Part shown: positions 1-9,271 of the stretch, piece by piece
Layout: each line of letters opens with the position of its first letter
Numbering within the stretch: position 1 is the first letter of the stretch
NCBI GenBank assembly: GCA_027334565.1
Contig: DAHWUP010000006.1
Span: 1 to 46,620, forward strand
DNA length: 46,620 bases
Direction of reading: 5' to 3'
DNA from: Candidatus Levyibacteriota bacterium
GTDB lineage: Bacteria; Patescibacteriota; Microgenomatia; Levybacterales; UBA12049
Position numbers and translations under genes: made by a program
The notes under the pieces: generated by a model
The model's input: the letters and a program-made list of their open reading frames with translations, nothing else
Told to the model about the DNA's origin: nothing
Databases searched by the model: none

Positions 1-1
1 T

Positions 2-1237
2 ACAAAAAGCAACGAAGAAAACAAATCAAAACGCGGCAAAGCTGCCCAGGCGATAAAAAAGGGTCAAAACTTAAATAAAAATCTAAACCAGCAACAAAGC
101 CATAACCAACCCGAAAAACAATCGGTACAAGATAAGGCGCGCCAGGCCATGCAGAGGGCACAAAACGCCAGGCAGAATATCCAACGGGCAAAGCAAGCGG
201 CGCAAACGGCAAAAATGGGGGCACAAGCGGCGCGCGCCGGAGCACAACTGGCCATACAGGCCGCAAGCGCCGCGGTAGATTTGTTGGCCGCAACGGTTGA
301 GATCTGGGGGCCGATTCTGCTGGTAGCTATCGTGATTCTTTTGGCAATGTCGATATTTACAATACTCATAGGTGCTCCGCCCGAAGGAGAAGGCTTACAG
401 AACTCCTGTCCGGGCACTTGCGCCAGTTCGTGCGCACCCCCTTCGGTTGAAGATGCAACCTATAACCCAACCTGTACGTCGGGGGGTGTTTGCTGTGTCA
501 CTCCGGCACAAATAACCTGCCCCGATATCGGAGGCACTTGCGTAATAAAACCCAACTGTGTTGCGCCAAACCACATTGACATGTCGGTTGCATGCCCCCA
601 ACTTCCCATTCCCTCGCCACCCGCACCACCACCCCCTCCGGTAGTATGTTGCGTTCCGCCCTCTGGCCCGTACAACTTTAAGTTTTACTGCCAATATGAC
701 CATTCACATGATAGTAGCGCGTGTGATATTTCGGCCTATGGTTGTTCCCCTACATCAATCGCCATGGTGGCCGCTTCGTGGGGGTTACCGTGGAATCCCC
801 TGACGCTGGCCGAAGCGAATGGATACATCGGGTGCAGCACCGGAACTACCTATAACCAGAGCATGTCCGCCATTGCCAACACATTTCCCAAGCCGCCGTT
901 TTCCGTTATCTACGGCCTCGTCTCGCCGTCGACGCACCAGCTGAACGTATCTTTGGTTCAAGACCTTACCAGCAAGGGATATTTGGTCGTGGCAGGAGCT
1001 TGTATAACCTTTAAGGGTAACGAGCCTTATGGCGGCCATTCGTTTGTGATCCAATCGGTGAACCCCAACGGGACGCTTAAGGTTTATGACCCCACCTATT
1101 GTACCTCGGACACAAATTATTGGATCAGGGCCGTAAACCCGACCGTAAACGGTCCCGACATCAAGAGTTATGGTTTCTGTGGGAACGACGGGTGGGGATG
1201 GTACTATGCGGTTGCAATTAAAAAATTACAGCCGTAA
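2..1237 (+). CDS. Membrane-anchored Cys-rich protein with C-terminal C39-like (papain-fold) peptidase domain; 5' end runs off the window
   Basis: Frame is open from position 2 (TKSNEENK...) into the 149..1237 ORF. Ala/Gln-rich N-terminus, TM helix (IWGPILLVAIVILL), two 6-Cys repeats, then YCQYD...CSPTSIAMV...GGHSFVI...VYDP (Q/C/H/D residues of C39-like peptidases). Confidence 0.7.
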   Translation, partial: TKSNEENKSKRGKAAQAIKKGQNLNKNLNQQQSHNQPEKQSVQDKARQAMQRAQNARQNIQRAKQAAQTAKMGAQAARAGAQLAIQAASAAVDLLAATVEIWGPILLVAIVILLAMSIFTILIGAPPEGEGLQNSCPGTCASSCAPPSVEDATYNPTCTSGGVCCVTPAQITCPDIGGTCVIKPNCVAPNHIDMSVACPQLPIPSPPAPPPPPVVCCVPPSGPYNFKFYCQYDHSHDSSACDISAYGCSPTSIAMVAASWGLPWNPLTLAEANGYIGCSTGTTYNQSMSAIANTFPKPPFSVIYGLVSPSTHQLNVSLVQDLTSKGYLVVAGACITFKGNEPYGGHSFVIQSVNPNGTLKVYDPTYCTSDTNYWIRAVNPTVNGPDIKSYGFCGNDGWGWYYAVAIKKLQP

Positions 1238-1248
1238 AATAAACTAAA

Positions 1249-1659
1249 ATGCAAAACGCCAACTTGACTATTTTAAGCAAAAGGGTTCTGGTCATATTGA
1301 TTGTGGCGGGGGTAATTGTAACCTGTCTGCTTTTTATTTTCGGCCTGGGGGGAGGAAGAAACAATAAACCAACCTCAAGCAACATCATTCCGACCGGACC
1401 GGCCACATCAAACGATTTTAAAATCACGAACCAAGACAGGGAACAAATGAACAAACAGTATCTGGTGAGTTCTTTAATGAACAAGCTTCCATACAAAGGG
1501 GTCGATTTCAGTTTCGATTTTAATTATGATACGGGTAACTTTATTTTGGTTTTAAACAAAAACGCGGTTAATCAGGGGTATGCGGAGTTCAATACTTTTT
1601 TAAAACAAAACGGCGTACAAAGCTCTTGGATTTCCAACCTCAACACATATACCCAATAA
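1249..1659 (+). CDS. Hypothetical protein with N-terminal membrane anchor
   Basis: 136-aa ORF 11 nt after the previous gene; single hydrophobic helix at residues ~13-32. Confidence 0.7.
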   Translation: MQNANLTILSKRVLVILIVAGVIVTCLLFIFGLGGGRNNKPTSSNIIPTGPATSNDFKITNQDREQMNKQYLVSSLMNKLPYKGVDFSFDFNYDTGNFILVLNKNAVNQGYAEFNTFLKQNGVQSSWISNLNTYTQ

Positions 1660-2766
1660 TTATCCCTGAAGCCTGATCGGCATAACCAGATGAAGGAAAG
1701 AGCTGTCGCCTTTTAACCTGAATATTCCGGGGTTTAAGGGGCCGTTCATTTCAAAAACCACCTCTTCTTCGTCAAGGGTTGAGAGTATATCCAATACGTA
1801 TTTTGCGTTAAAGGCGATTTCGTTGGTTTCGCCTAGGGTTTTTGCCTCTACCTCCACGGAGTCCTGTCCTACCGACGGGGAGTTTGCCGAAACGGTAATT
1901 TTGGCTTTCTCGATTGAAAACCTGATAATGTTTGCTGTCTCCCTGGCAAATACGGCAGCTATTCTAATTGCTTTTAACAGCTCTTCGCGGTTTGCCTCCG
2001 TCTTCGTGTTGAAGTCCTGGGGAATTATCTTTTGATATTCGGGGTATTCGGCCTCGATCAATCTTCCAACCAGGGTCGTGTCCTGCAAAAAAAACAGCGC
2101 TTGATTATTTTTTTCCGAAACGCTAATTTTAACCTCTCCCCCTTCTTTAATCAAAAAAAGTTCTCTGATAACCCGGGACGGTATTATAAGTGGCTTTTTA
2201 AGCCCCTGTCCGGTCGCAAAAACATTTTTTTGCAAAGAAAGCCGATAACTGTCTGTTGCCACCAACATTGCCTTACCATCGTCGTCGTCAACCAAAACCC
2301 CCGACAACGCCGGCCTTGTGGTCTCGGTCGAAGAGGCGGCAAAAACCACGCGCATAAAATATTTCTCCACATCTTCCTTTTTAAGCAAGATTTGTCCGCT
2401 TCCCTTGTCGTCGTACAGCTTGGGGAATTCGTCCTCGGGCATGGTCTGAAAAGACGCCCGAACCTTTTCTCCTTTTAGCTCAAGCGTGTCTCCTTGTTTT
2501 GTTAGCGTTATTTTTTGACTACCAAGGTTTGCTAAAAGTTCGGTAAAGTTTTTGGCCAAAACGGCAACCGCCCCCTCTCTTTCAACCTTGGCTACAATGG
2601 TAGAGGAAATTCCGATTTCAAGATCTGTTGCCATAATCGTTAGTTTTCCCGACCCTGCTTTCAAAAGAAAACAGGATAAAATAGGAAGTTGTCCGCGTAA
2701 AGAAACGGCGTGATTTAAGAAGAGCAGTTTCTCTTGAAGCTTGTCGGAAAGAAAAGAAACTTCCAT
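1660..2766 (-). CDS. dnaN: DNA polymerase III beta clamp
   Basis: LPILSCFLL, ATDLEIGI, VATDSYRLS, RLIEAEYPEY, FNAKY, LVMPIRL motifs. Start placed at ATG 2766 (MEVSF), since the longer ORF runs into oriC. Confidence 0.97.
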   Translation of the reverse strand: MEVSFLSDKLQEKLLFLNHAVSLRGQLPILSCFLLKAGSGKLTIMATDLEIGISSTIVAKVEREGAVAVLAKNFTELLANLGSQKITLTKQGDTLELKGEKVRASFQTMPEDEFPKLYDDKGSGQILLKKEDVEKYFMRVVFAASSTETTRPALSGVLVDDDDGKAMLVATDSYRLSLQKNVFATGQGLKKPLIIPSRVIRELFLIKEGGEVKISVSEKNNQALFFLQDTTLVGRLIEAEYPEYQKIIPQDFNTKTEANREELLKAIRIAAVFARETANIIRFSIEKAKITVSANSPSVGQDSVEVEAKTLGETNEIAFNAKYVLDILSTLDEEEVVFEMNGPLNPGIFRLKGDSSFLHLVMPIRLQG

Positions 2767-2902
2767 AATATATATTTGTAGTTGTAGTAGTGTATATGGA
2801 AAAGTGGAAAAAAGCAAGAACCCGAGGCAAAAAACATGTGGATAATCGGTGGATAAAAAGGTGGATAAAAAGTTTATAAGGCCAAGGGGGCACTAATCCA
2901 CA
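2767..2902. promoter_or_regulatory. oriC: DnaA boxes, DnaA-trios and AT-rich unwinding element between dnaA and dnaN
   Basis: TGTGGATAA 2837-2845 (perfect box); GGTGGATAA 2848-2856 and 2860-2868; TAATCCACA 2894-2902; degenerate boxes 2795-2811; TTG-TAG-TTG-TAG-TAG trios 2776-2790; AATATATAT 2767-2775. Confidence 0.85.
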
Positions 2903-4251
2903 CTTTGTTCAACAACGGGTTTGTTTATCCGCAAAATATCCTCCGGAATTAAGGAGTTTTCGATCATGTTTTCCACTTTTTCTACACCGTGCATTACGGT
3001 TGAGTGGTCTCTTCCGCCAAGCAGGTTCCCGATTTCAACAAAGGTTAGCCCCAACTCCTTTTTCAAAAGAAACATTGCCACCTGCCGCGGCTTAACCAAG
3101 AAGGCGTCTCTTTTAGCGCTTTTAACCTGGGTGGGTTTAACCCCGAAATAATCACAAACGTTTTTGATCAGCTCGTCGGGATGGAAGGAGTTGATGCTTT
3201 CGTCCTTGTTTGCGGATAGCACGGAGTTTGCCAGCGCTTCGGAGATATCCTCCCCACGACCTTCGGCAATGGTCATGACCCTCAACAGCAACCCCTCAAG
3301 TCCCCGGGCATCGGTTGTTTTTTGGGCGATTATTTTTGCCGCGTCGATGCTTAGTGTGGCGCCGTGCTTTTTTGCTTTGATTAATAAGATTGCGGTTCTT
3401 AGCTCAAAATCCGGCGGCTCGATGTCTACGGTAAGTCCGCCGGAGAACCTTGAAATTAGTCTTTTTTCAACCTGTTTGATTTCTTCCGGCCTTCGATCGG
3501 AAGAAAGAACGATTTGCGAACTTTTGTCTACCAGAATATTAAAGGTATGAAACAGCTCCTCTTGGACCTTTTCTTTTCCGGCTATGAATTGTATGTCGTC
3601 GATGATTAAAAGATCGAGACCCCTGAACCTTTTTTTCATATTGGTGGTGTTGTTGGTTCTGATCGCCTCAACCACCTCGTTGGTAAATTCCTCGCTGGTG
3701 GTATATAGGATTTTCCCTTCGGGTTTTTTGGCGTAAACCTCGTTGGCAATGGCTTGCATAAGGTGTGTTTTTCCAACCCCGGTCGGACCATAAATAAAAA
3801 GCGGGTTATAGGTTTCCCCGGGTTTTTTGGCGACCGTAGAGGCGCTGACAAAAGCTAATTGATTACTGGATGAAACTGCCATGTTTTCAAAAGTATAATC
3901 CGCTCTTACCCTGGGTAGGTGTCCAAAAGAAAGGGGCCCTTTTACCACTTCTGTATCAAAAAGAGTTCCCGATGGCGTTTGTTGCGTGTCGACAATTGAC
4001 ACGATAGTTTTTGGAACAAAAATAATTTTAGTCCCCTCCCCGATATGTCTGTCCGCGGAGCTTTTAATTACCTCATAAAAACGTCTTTGTAAAAGGTCGA
4101 TGATCATGGCCGAAGGCGCAGCAACGGTTACAACGCCGTTTTCAATCGAAACGATCTGGGTTTGCTTGAAGAGGGTTAGGAAATTGGCTCTTGAGACCTC
4201 GAGTTCTATCTCCGCCAGGATCTTATCCCAAAGTTCTTGATAATTTTGCAT
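2893..4251 (-). CDS. dnaA: Chromosomal replication initiator DnaA
   Basis: YNPLFIYGPTGVGKTHL Walker A, LLIIDDIQF Walker B, QEELFHTFN, GGRDHSTVMH domain IV. Confidence 0.99.
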   Translation of the reverse strand: MQNYQELWDKILAEIELEVSRANFLTLFKQTQIVSIENGVVTVAAPSAMIIDLLQRRFYEVIKSSADRHIGEGTKIIFVPKTIVSIVDTQQTPSGTLFDTEVVKGPLSFGHLPRVRADYTFENMAVSSSNQLAFVSASTVAKKPGETYNPLFIYGPTGVGKTHLMQAIANEVYAKKPEGKILYTTSEEFTNEVVEAIRTNNTTNMKKRFRGLDLLIIDDIQFIAGKEKVQEELFHTFNILVDKSSQIVLSSDRRPEEIKQVEKRLISRFSGGLTVDIEPPDFELRTAILLIKAKKHGATLSIDAAKIIAQKTTDARGLEGLLLRVMTIAEGRGEDISEALANSVLSANKDESINSFHPDELIKNVCDYFGVKPTQVKSAKRDAFLVKPRQVAMFLLKKELGLTFVEIGNLLGGRDHSTVMHGVEKVENMIENSLIPEDILRINKPVVEQSVD

Positions 4252-4257
4252 CGTGTG

Positions 4258-4292
4258 TTATGCACAATATAATGTGGATAACTTTTTGTCAA
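4258..4292 (-). promoter_or_regulatory. dnaA sigma70 promoter overlapped by two DnaA boxes
   Basis: Minus strand TTGACA (4292-4287), 17 bp, TATTGT (4269-4264). DnaA boxes TGTGGATAA 4273-4281 and TTATGCACA 4258-4266. Confidence 0.75.
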
Positions 4293-4376
4293 GATAACGA
4301 AAATAGATAAAACTATATCGTTTGTTTAAGACGCGCTGCTTTTAAAATTTTCTAACTTTTGATATACTTATCGTTA

Positions 4377-4511
4377 ATGGAAAAATTCAGAAAGCTAAAA
4401 AAAGCTAAACGGGCGAGAAAGCACGGCTTTTTGCAAAGGACAAAAACCCGCTCCGGCAAAAAAATTCTCAAAAGAAGAAAAGCGGTGAAAAGAAAAAAAC
4501 TGACCGTTTAG
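4377..4511 (+). CDS. rpmH: 50S ribosomal protein L34 (absent from ORF track, 44 aa)
   Basis: Translated by hand: MEKFRKLKKAKRARKHGFLQRTKTRSGKKILKRRKAVKRKKLTV; canonical position between dnaA and rnpA. Confidence 0.93.
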   Translation: MEKFRKLKKAKRARKHGFLQRTKTRSGKKILKRRKAVKRKKLTV

Positions 4512-4841
4512 ATGTTAAAGAAATACAACCGTCTCGCGGGCTTAAAAATAAGGACAAAAGGCCAAAGCCTGGATACTCCCCTATTTAAGATAAAGGTGTT
4601 TGCAGGCAAAAATGATGAGTTAAAATTCGGTTTTGTTGTATCGAAGAAAATTGACAAAAGGGCAGTGATCAGGAATAGAACCAAGCGTGTTTTGAAAAAT
4701 GCGGCCAGAAGGTATTTGAAAAAAGCGATGGCCGGGCAAAGATTAATTATCTACGCAAAAAAGAGTCTGGATTTTTCCCAAGCGGATACAGTTTCCAAAG
4801 AGTTGGAACGCGTTTTGGAGGACAAAAGAAAAAATAAATGA
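4512..4841 (+). CDS. rnpA: Ribonuclease P protein component
   Basis: KFGFVVSKKIDKRAVIRNRTKR (RNR motif); synteny. Confidence 0.93.
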   Translation: MLKKYNRLAGLKIRTKGQSLDTPLFKIKVFAGKNDELKFGFVVSKKIDKRAVIRNRTKRVLKNAARRYLKKAMAGQRLIIYAKKSLDFSQADTVSKELERVLEDKRKNK

Positions 4842-5047
4842 AAAAATCAATCATATTATTTTTAAAAACTTATCAAAGGATTATCTCTCCCCTGTTACAC
4901 CAATTGCTGGGGATTAAAAGCGCCTGTCGCTTTTCACCGACCTGCTCCGAATATGCGATAACCGCTGTTTCACAAAAAGGCGCAATAAAAGGAACTTGCC
5001 TTTCGTTGGTAAGGCTCTTAAAATGCCAACCTTTTTACAATAATTAA
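4838..5047 (+). CDS. yidD: Membrane protein insertion efficiency factor YidD
   Basis: YQRIISP...CRFSPTCSEYA...RLLKCQPF. Confidence 0.95.
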   Translation: MKKSIILFLKTYQRIISPLLHQLLGIKSACRFSPTCSEYAITAVSQKGAIKGTCLSLVRLLKCQPFYNN

Positions 5048-5051
5048 TTTT

Positions 5052-5882
5052 ATGAATATCTTTAATACAATTATCGTTATTCCGATCACCAACGCCCTGT
5101 TGTTTGTATATTATTTCTTACATCTTATTGGGGTGCCGTTTGCGCTTGGTTTTTCGATCGTTGTCCTGACGGTAATTATCAGATTAGTTTTATACCCACT
5201 GACCTCATCGCAGATTACGGCCTCGAGGAAAATGATGGAACTTAGTCCCCATTTGAACAAATTGAAAGAAAAATACAAAAATGACGCTAAAACACTTCAG
5301 CAGGAAACAATGCGGCTTTATAAAGAACACGGAGTGAATCCGGCAGCGGGTTGTTTGCCGCTTTTGATCCAACTCCCGATCATCTGGGGTTTGTATTCGG
5401 TTTTGAACAAGATAATTAACGTCAGCACAAATAATTTGTCGCAAATCAATAACACCGCATACGTTGATTTTATAAAATTATCAAAAGCTTGGGATGTGAA
5501 TTTTTTCGGAGTTTCGCTGGCGCAGAATCCTTCACATTTGATTTCAATCGTTGGCCCGTTGGTGCTTTTGATACCGTTATTAACGGGTGTATTCCAGTTT
5601 ATTCAGTCGAAAATGATGGTGGTTGTTCCTCAGCAAGCCGGTGATAAAAAGTCGGATCTATCCAAAAAAGATGGTAAGAGTTCCGATGATTTCTCACAAG
5701 CGATGCAAACGCAAATGGTTTATTTGATGCCGGTAATGATCGGACTTTTTTCTTATAATTTTCCGGTTGGACTTTCGCTATACTGGAATACGTTCACAAT
5801 TTTTGGTATCATACAGCAGTATCAAATCTCGGGTTTAGGGGGTTTGAAGGAATGGATAGATAAAGTGCATGGCAAAGTATAA
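5052..5882 (+). CDS. yidC: Membrane protein insertase YidC/Oxa1
   Basis: LTVIIRLVLYPL, LYKEHGVNPAAGCLPLLIQLPI, GLSLYW. Confidence 0.96.
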   Translation: MNIFNTIIVIPITNALLFVYYFLHLIGVPFALGFSIVVLTVIIRLVLYPLTSSQITASRKMMELSPHLNKLKEKYKNDAKTLQQETMRLYKEHGVNPAAGCLPLLIQLPIIWGLYSVLNKIINVSTNNLSQINNTAYVDFIKLSKAWDVNFFGVSLAQNPSHLISIVGPLVLLIPLLTGVFQFIQSKMMVVVPQQAGDKKSDLSKKDGKSSDDFSQAMQTQMVYLMPVMIGLFSYNFPVGLSLYWNTFTIFGIIQQYQISGLGGLKEWIDKVHGKV

Positions 5883-6312
5883 ATATATTAAGCAAATTGA
5901 AAAATTTTTTAACACTCTGGGAATTTCCACCGGTTTAAAGGTAACCGAGGATGAGGACTTGGTCTCGGTCGCGCTTGAGACGGAAGATACGGGGATTATT
6001 ATCGGCTACCACGGTGAAACCCTGGAAGCATTGCAAATAGTGCTTTCTTTGATCTTAGCAAAGGCGTCCGGAGAATTTAAGAGAGTATCAATAGAAGTCG
6101 GCGACTATAAAAAGAATCGGGAAGAGTGGTTGGAAAAACTTGCATATGATGCAAAAGAGAAAGCCCTCTTTAATAAAAAGGAAGTTTATCTTACCGATTT
6201 AAAAGCCTGGGAGAGAAGGGTCGTGCACATAGCTCTTCAAAATGACGAGGAAGTATCGACGGAGTCAAGCGGAGAGGGTAAAGAAAGAGTTTTAATCGTA
6301 AAGCCCAAATAA
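5869..6312 (+). CDS. jag: Jag/EloR/KhpB family KH + R3H RNA-binding protein (short form)
   Basis: IIGYHGETLEALQ KH motif; WERRVVHIAL R3H motif; synteny after yidC. Confidence 0.9.
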   Translation: MAKYKYIKQIEKFFNTLGISTGLKVTEDEDLVSVALETEDTGIIIGYHGETLEALQIVLSLILAKASGEFKRVSIEVGDYKKNREEWLEKLAYDAKEKALFNKKEVYLTDLKAWERRVVHIALQNDEEVSTESSGEGKERVLIVKPK

Positions 6313-6386
6313 TCCACTACCCCATTTTACTACCCCTTAGAATTTTTAAAACTGATATTATAAAAGTAGCAATAACATTTTTAATT

Positions 6387-6815
6387 ATGGCGGAAATAAT
6401 TATTTACACCGATGGCGGTGCGAGGGGAAATCCCGGACCCGCGGCCTTGGGAGTGCATATTACCGACAGCCAGCATCAGGTCTTGGCAAGAATTGGAAAA
6501 TATTTGGGCTATGCCACAAACAACGTCGCCGAATATTCGGCAATTATCGAAGCCTTGAGCTGGTCGATTGAAAATAAGCAAAAAAGAGGGATCGATAAAA
6601 TCAATGTTTATATGGATTCACAACTTGCTTATTCCCAATTGGTAGGTTTATATAAAATAAAGAACGATAAAATAAGAGAACTGGTTTTTGAAATCAGAAA
6701 AAAAGAGCAGGAGCTTACGGTTCCGATTCTATATCACCACGTTCCGAGGGAAAGAAATAAACAAGCCGATGCGCTTGTTAACCTCGCGCTAGACAACGCG
6801 CAAAATAGAATTTAA
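6387..6815 (+). CDS. rnhA: Ribonuclease HI family protein
   Basis: YTDGGARGNPGPAA, TNNVAEY, DSQL, HVPRERNKQADALVN. Confidence 0.93.
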   Translation: MAEIIIYTDGGARGNPGPAALGVHITDSQHQVLARIGKYLGYATNNVAEYSAIIEALSWSIENKQKRGIDKINVYMDSQLAYSQLVGLYKIKNDKIRELVFEIRKKEQELTVPILYHHVPRERNKQADALVNLALDNAQNRI

Positions 6816-6822
6816 AATTAAG

Positions 6823-8562
6823 TTGATGGAAGTCGTAAATTATTTTACCACCGAAAACAAGAACGAAAACCCGGTTTTGATAATTGACTCAAGAGGCGAT
6901 ATCGGCGAAAAATTGGCGAGTAAAATCGCTGACAAATTAACAGTTATTGTATTAAGTAATTTGAAATTTGCAGCTATGGATAACGTAATCCCACTACCGT
7001 TTGACAAAGGATTGTCTCAAATCCCCCACAACGTTTTTTCCCAAGTAATCGTGATTGACGAAAGACTCGAGCTTGGTGATAAGAACCTTGGGAAATTAGT
7101 TAAGATAACCCAAAAAAACAAAACGCCACTGTTTATTGCGGCTGGCCGCCAATTTGTTACAGACAGCTTTTTTATTAAAAATATTTCTGCCAACGTGAAC
7201 ATTAAGCTTGGAATATTAGGTGATGTTTTTGCTACGGACAGAATAATAGATAAAAATAGCGATGTCGGATTTATTTTAGCAGAAGTTAAAAAATATGGAA
7301 AAATAGACATACCGGGAAACGGAACCATCGAACTCTTTCCGGTCTTCTTGGAAGATGCGGTAGATGCAATAATGGAAATATGTTTTTCCGGACTCCCGGA
7401 AAAGACATATTACATCTCACCCAAAAATAAGATAAGTTTTTTATCTTTTGCACTAACCCTCAAAAAGGTATATCCAGAAATAAAGCTAGATTTTGTAGAA
7501 GAAGGAAAGCGACGCATCTTTCAACCCCCAACATTAAAAGGAAAATATATTTTAGGCGATGACTATGATTTGGTTAAAGCCTTGAAGCAAATAAATTTTC
7601 AAGCAATGGAGCATTTTAATAAGCCGGAGATCGTTAAGAAAAATAGTTCCAAAACCTCAATTTTTTTAACCAGCCTATTCTTCTTATTTCTGCTTTGTTT
7701 GCCGTTGGTTACTACCCTAACCTGTTTATTTGTTGGAGAAACGTTAATCAATTATTCAAAAGAGGATCTGGTGCGAAACGATAGCCTACAGGCTGAAAGC
7801 AAATCAATTGTATCTTATCGAGTGTTATCGTTAGCCAGCATTTCGATGGACATATTAAGGCAAGAAGTTTCAACGTTTGTTCAAGTGAGCTTAATCGAAA
7901 GGCTGAGCGATAGTGTAGACACAAATTATCGTTTAAGCAAGAACCTGGTGTATTTTTCCAGGTTTATAAATAAAATTAACGTTGTGCTGGCCGGAAAATC
8001 CGCAAATCCAAATATTGATTTAGACGATGCCACCATGGCTTTTAAAAATTCATACTTGATGTTTAATGAACTGACCCCGACAGTTTATCCCCAGGATATA
8101 TCTCAGAAAGCGTCGACAATATATGCATTTACGTCTGCCACCGAAAATTTTTGGCCCGAGTTTTTTGGCTTTTTCGGTACGAAAAAATATTTAATTTTAA
8201 TTGAAGACAATACTCAGAATGCTTCGGCAAGCGGTTCGGTAAATAATTACTTCATAATCGGTTTTGATAAGGGAAAAGTTACCAAATACGATTTTGGCTT
8301 CGCTTTGCCTAAAAATGCTACCGACTCAGCTATGCTGCAAGAAATAACTACACTCCAAAATTTTGACGGAATTATCAAAGTGACGGACGATAAGACAACA
8401 GGAAGCCTTATTAACGAAATATCAAAGTTTTCTGCAAAAGGAGAGAGTAAAATTACTTTAGATTCTTTATATCTTTTAATAAGCAGCCTAGAAAATCAGC
8501 AACTGAAATTAACAGTTGATGATCCAGCCGAACAAGCAGCGTTATCGGCGCTTTTAAGGTGA
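6823..8562 (+). CDS. Degenerate epimerase-like N-terminal domain + TM + eroded DUF4012-like C-terminal domain
   Basis: VLIIDSRGDIGEKLA resembles a decayed Rossmann start; FPVFLEDAVDAI; one TM; FFGFFGTKKYLILIEDN resembles the DUF4012 YL(I/V)LFQN motif. Confidence 0.5.
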   Translation: MMEVVNYFTTENKNENPVLIIDSRGDIGEKLASKIADKLTVIVLSNLKFAAMDNVIPLPFDKGLSQIPHNVFSQVIVIDERLELGDKNLGKLVKITQKNKTPLFIAAGRQFVTDSFFIKNISANVNIKLGILGDVFATDRIIDKNSDVGFILAEVKKYGKIDIPGNGTIELFPVFLEDAVDAIMEICFSGLPEKTYYISPKNKISFLSFALTLKKVYPEIKLDFVEEGKRRIFQPPTLKGKYILGDDYDLVKALKQINFQAMEHFNKPEIVKKNSSKTSIFLTSLFFLFLLCLPLVTTLTCLFVGETLINYSKEDLVRNDSLQAESKSIVSYRVLSLASISMDILRQEVSTFVQVSLIERLSDSVDTNYRLSKNLVYFSRFINKINVVLAGKSANPNIDLDDATMAFKNSYLMFNELTPTVYPQDISQKASTIYAFTSATENFWPEFFGFFGTKKYLILIEDNTQNASASGSVNNYFIIGFDKGKVTKYDFGFALPKNATDSAMLQEITTLQNFDGIIKVTDDKTTGSLINEISKFSAKGESKITLDSLYLLISSLENQQLKLTVDDPAEQAALSALLR

Positions 8563-8769
8563 TATGAATCGATAGGTTTTAAGTTGCGTTTCGAATATTT
8601 TTTAACTTTTTAAAGCCTATGCCCCATTCAGATAGTCTTTTGAAGCATTTGAGAACAAAATAAAATTATTTTACGGATAGTTTCCTGAGATTAAAATTTA
8701 CACGCCTTTTTGTCTTGCATAAAAATGCATCAACAACGAAAGGGATAAAAACATCGCTTAAAAGCAAAA

Positions 8770-9152
8770 TGTCTAAGATTTTAAAGGATTGTCCAACTAT
8801 ATTTACTGCCAAAAGAAATACAAACCAACCCTAAGTGAGCCTTTGTATTAACGCTGTCGTTAATGAATTATTAATTTGAATAGATTTCAATATTTTACTG
8901 AAAATTTGAAAACAATCGACTTGGCAGAATAACTCTACGCATAAATAAACAATAAATTTATAAGTATTATTTTCATGTGTCTTTTTAAACACTAATGTCG
9001 ATTTATCGGATAGAAAGTTAGTATTTGAGTTTATTGTATTGATCAGCATTCTAAATTATCTGCATTTTGGAAAAAAGCAACAAGAAATAACACATATAAT
9101 CCAAGGACAATACATTTATTTGTCCAAGATTATAATGATTTGTCCAACTTTA
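8770..9152. repeat. Two imperfect 32-bp direct repeats (8770-8801, 9121-9152), each containing TGTC(C/T)AA twice at 20-bp spacing
   Basis: TGTCTAAGATTTTAAAGGATTGTCCAACTATA vs TGTCCAAGATTATAATGATTTGTCCAACTTTA, 26/32 identical by hand alignment. Confidence 0.7.
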
Positions 9153-9271
9153 AATAAATAGTTGACAAAATTTTGTATCGGTATTTGTGGTTTTAAGGAT
9201 AAGGTTTTAAGAATGTTCAAATGTTAACACTAAACCTATTCTTATAATTTTCTGAGAACGGAGAGTAAATT

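Noticed and set aside
6316-6336. ACTACCCC direct repeat before rnhA (MraZ-box-like)
   Set aside because: Only two copies at 13-bp spacing, not the 10-bp period of MraZ sites, and no mraZ nearby.
8831-9049. 72-aa minus-strand ORF between the twin repeats
   Set aside because: AT-rich, no recognisable motif and no convincing leaderless promoter.
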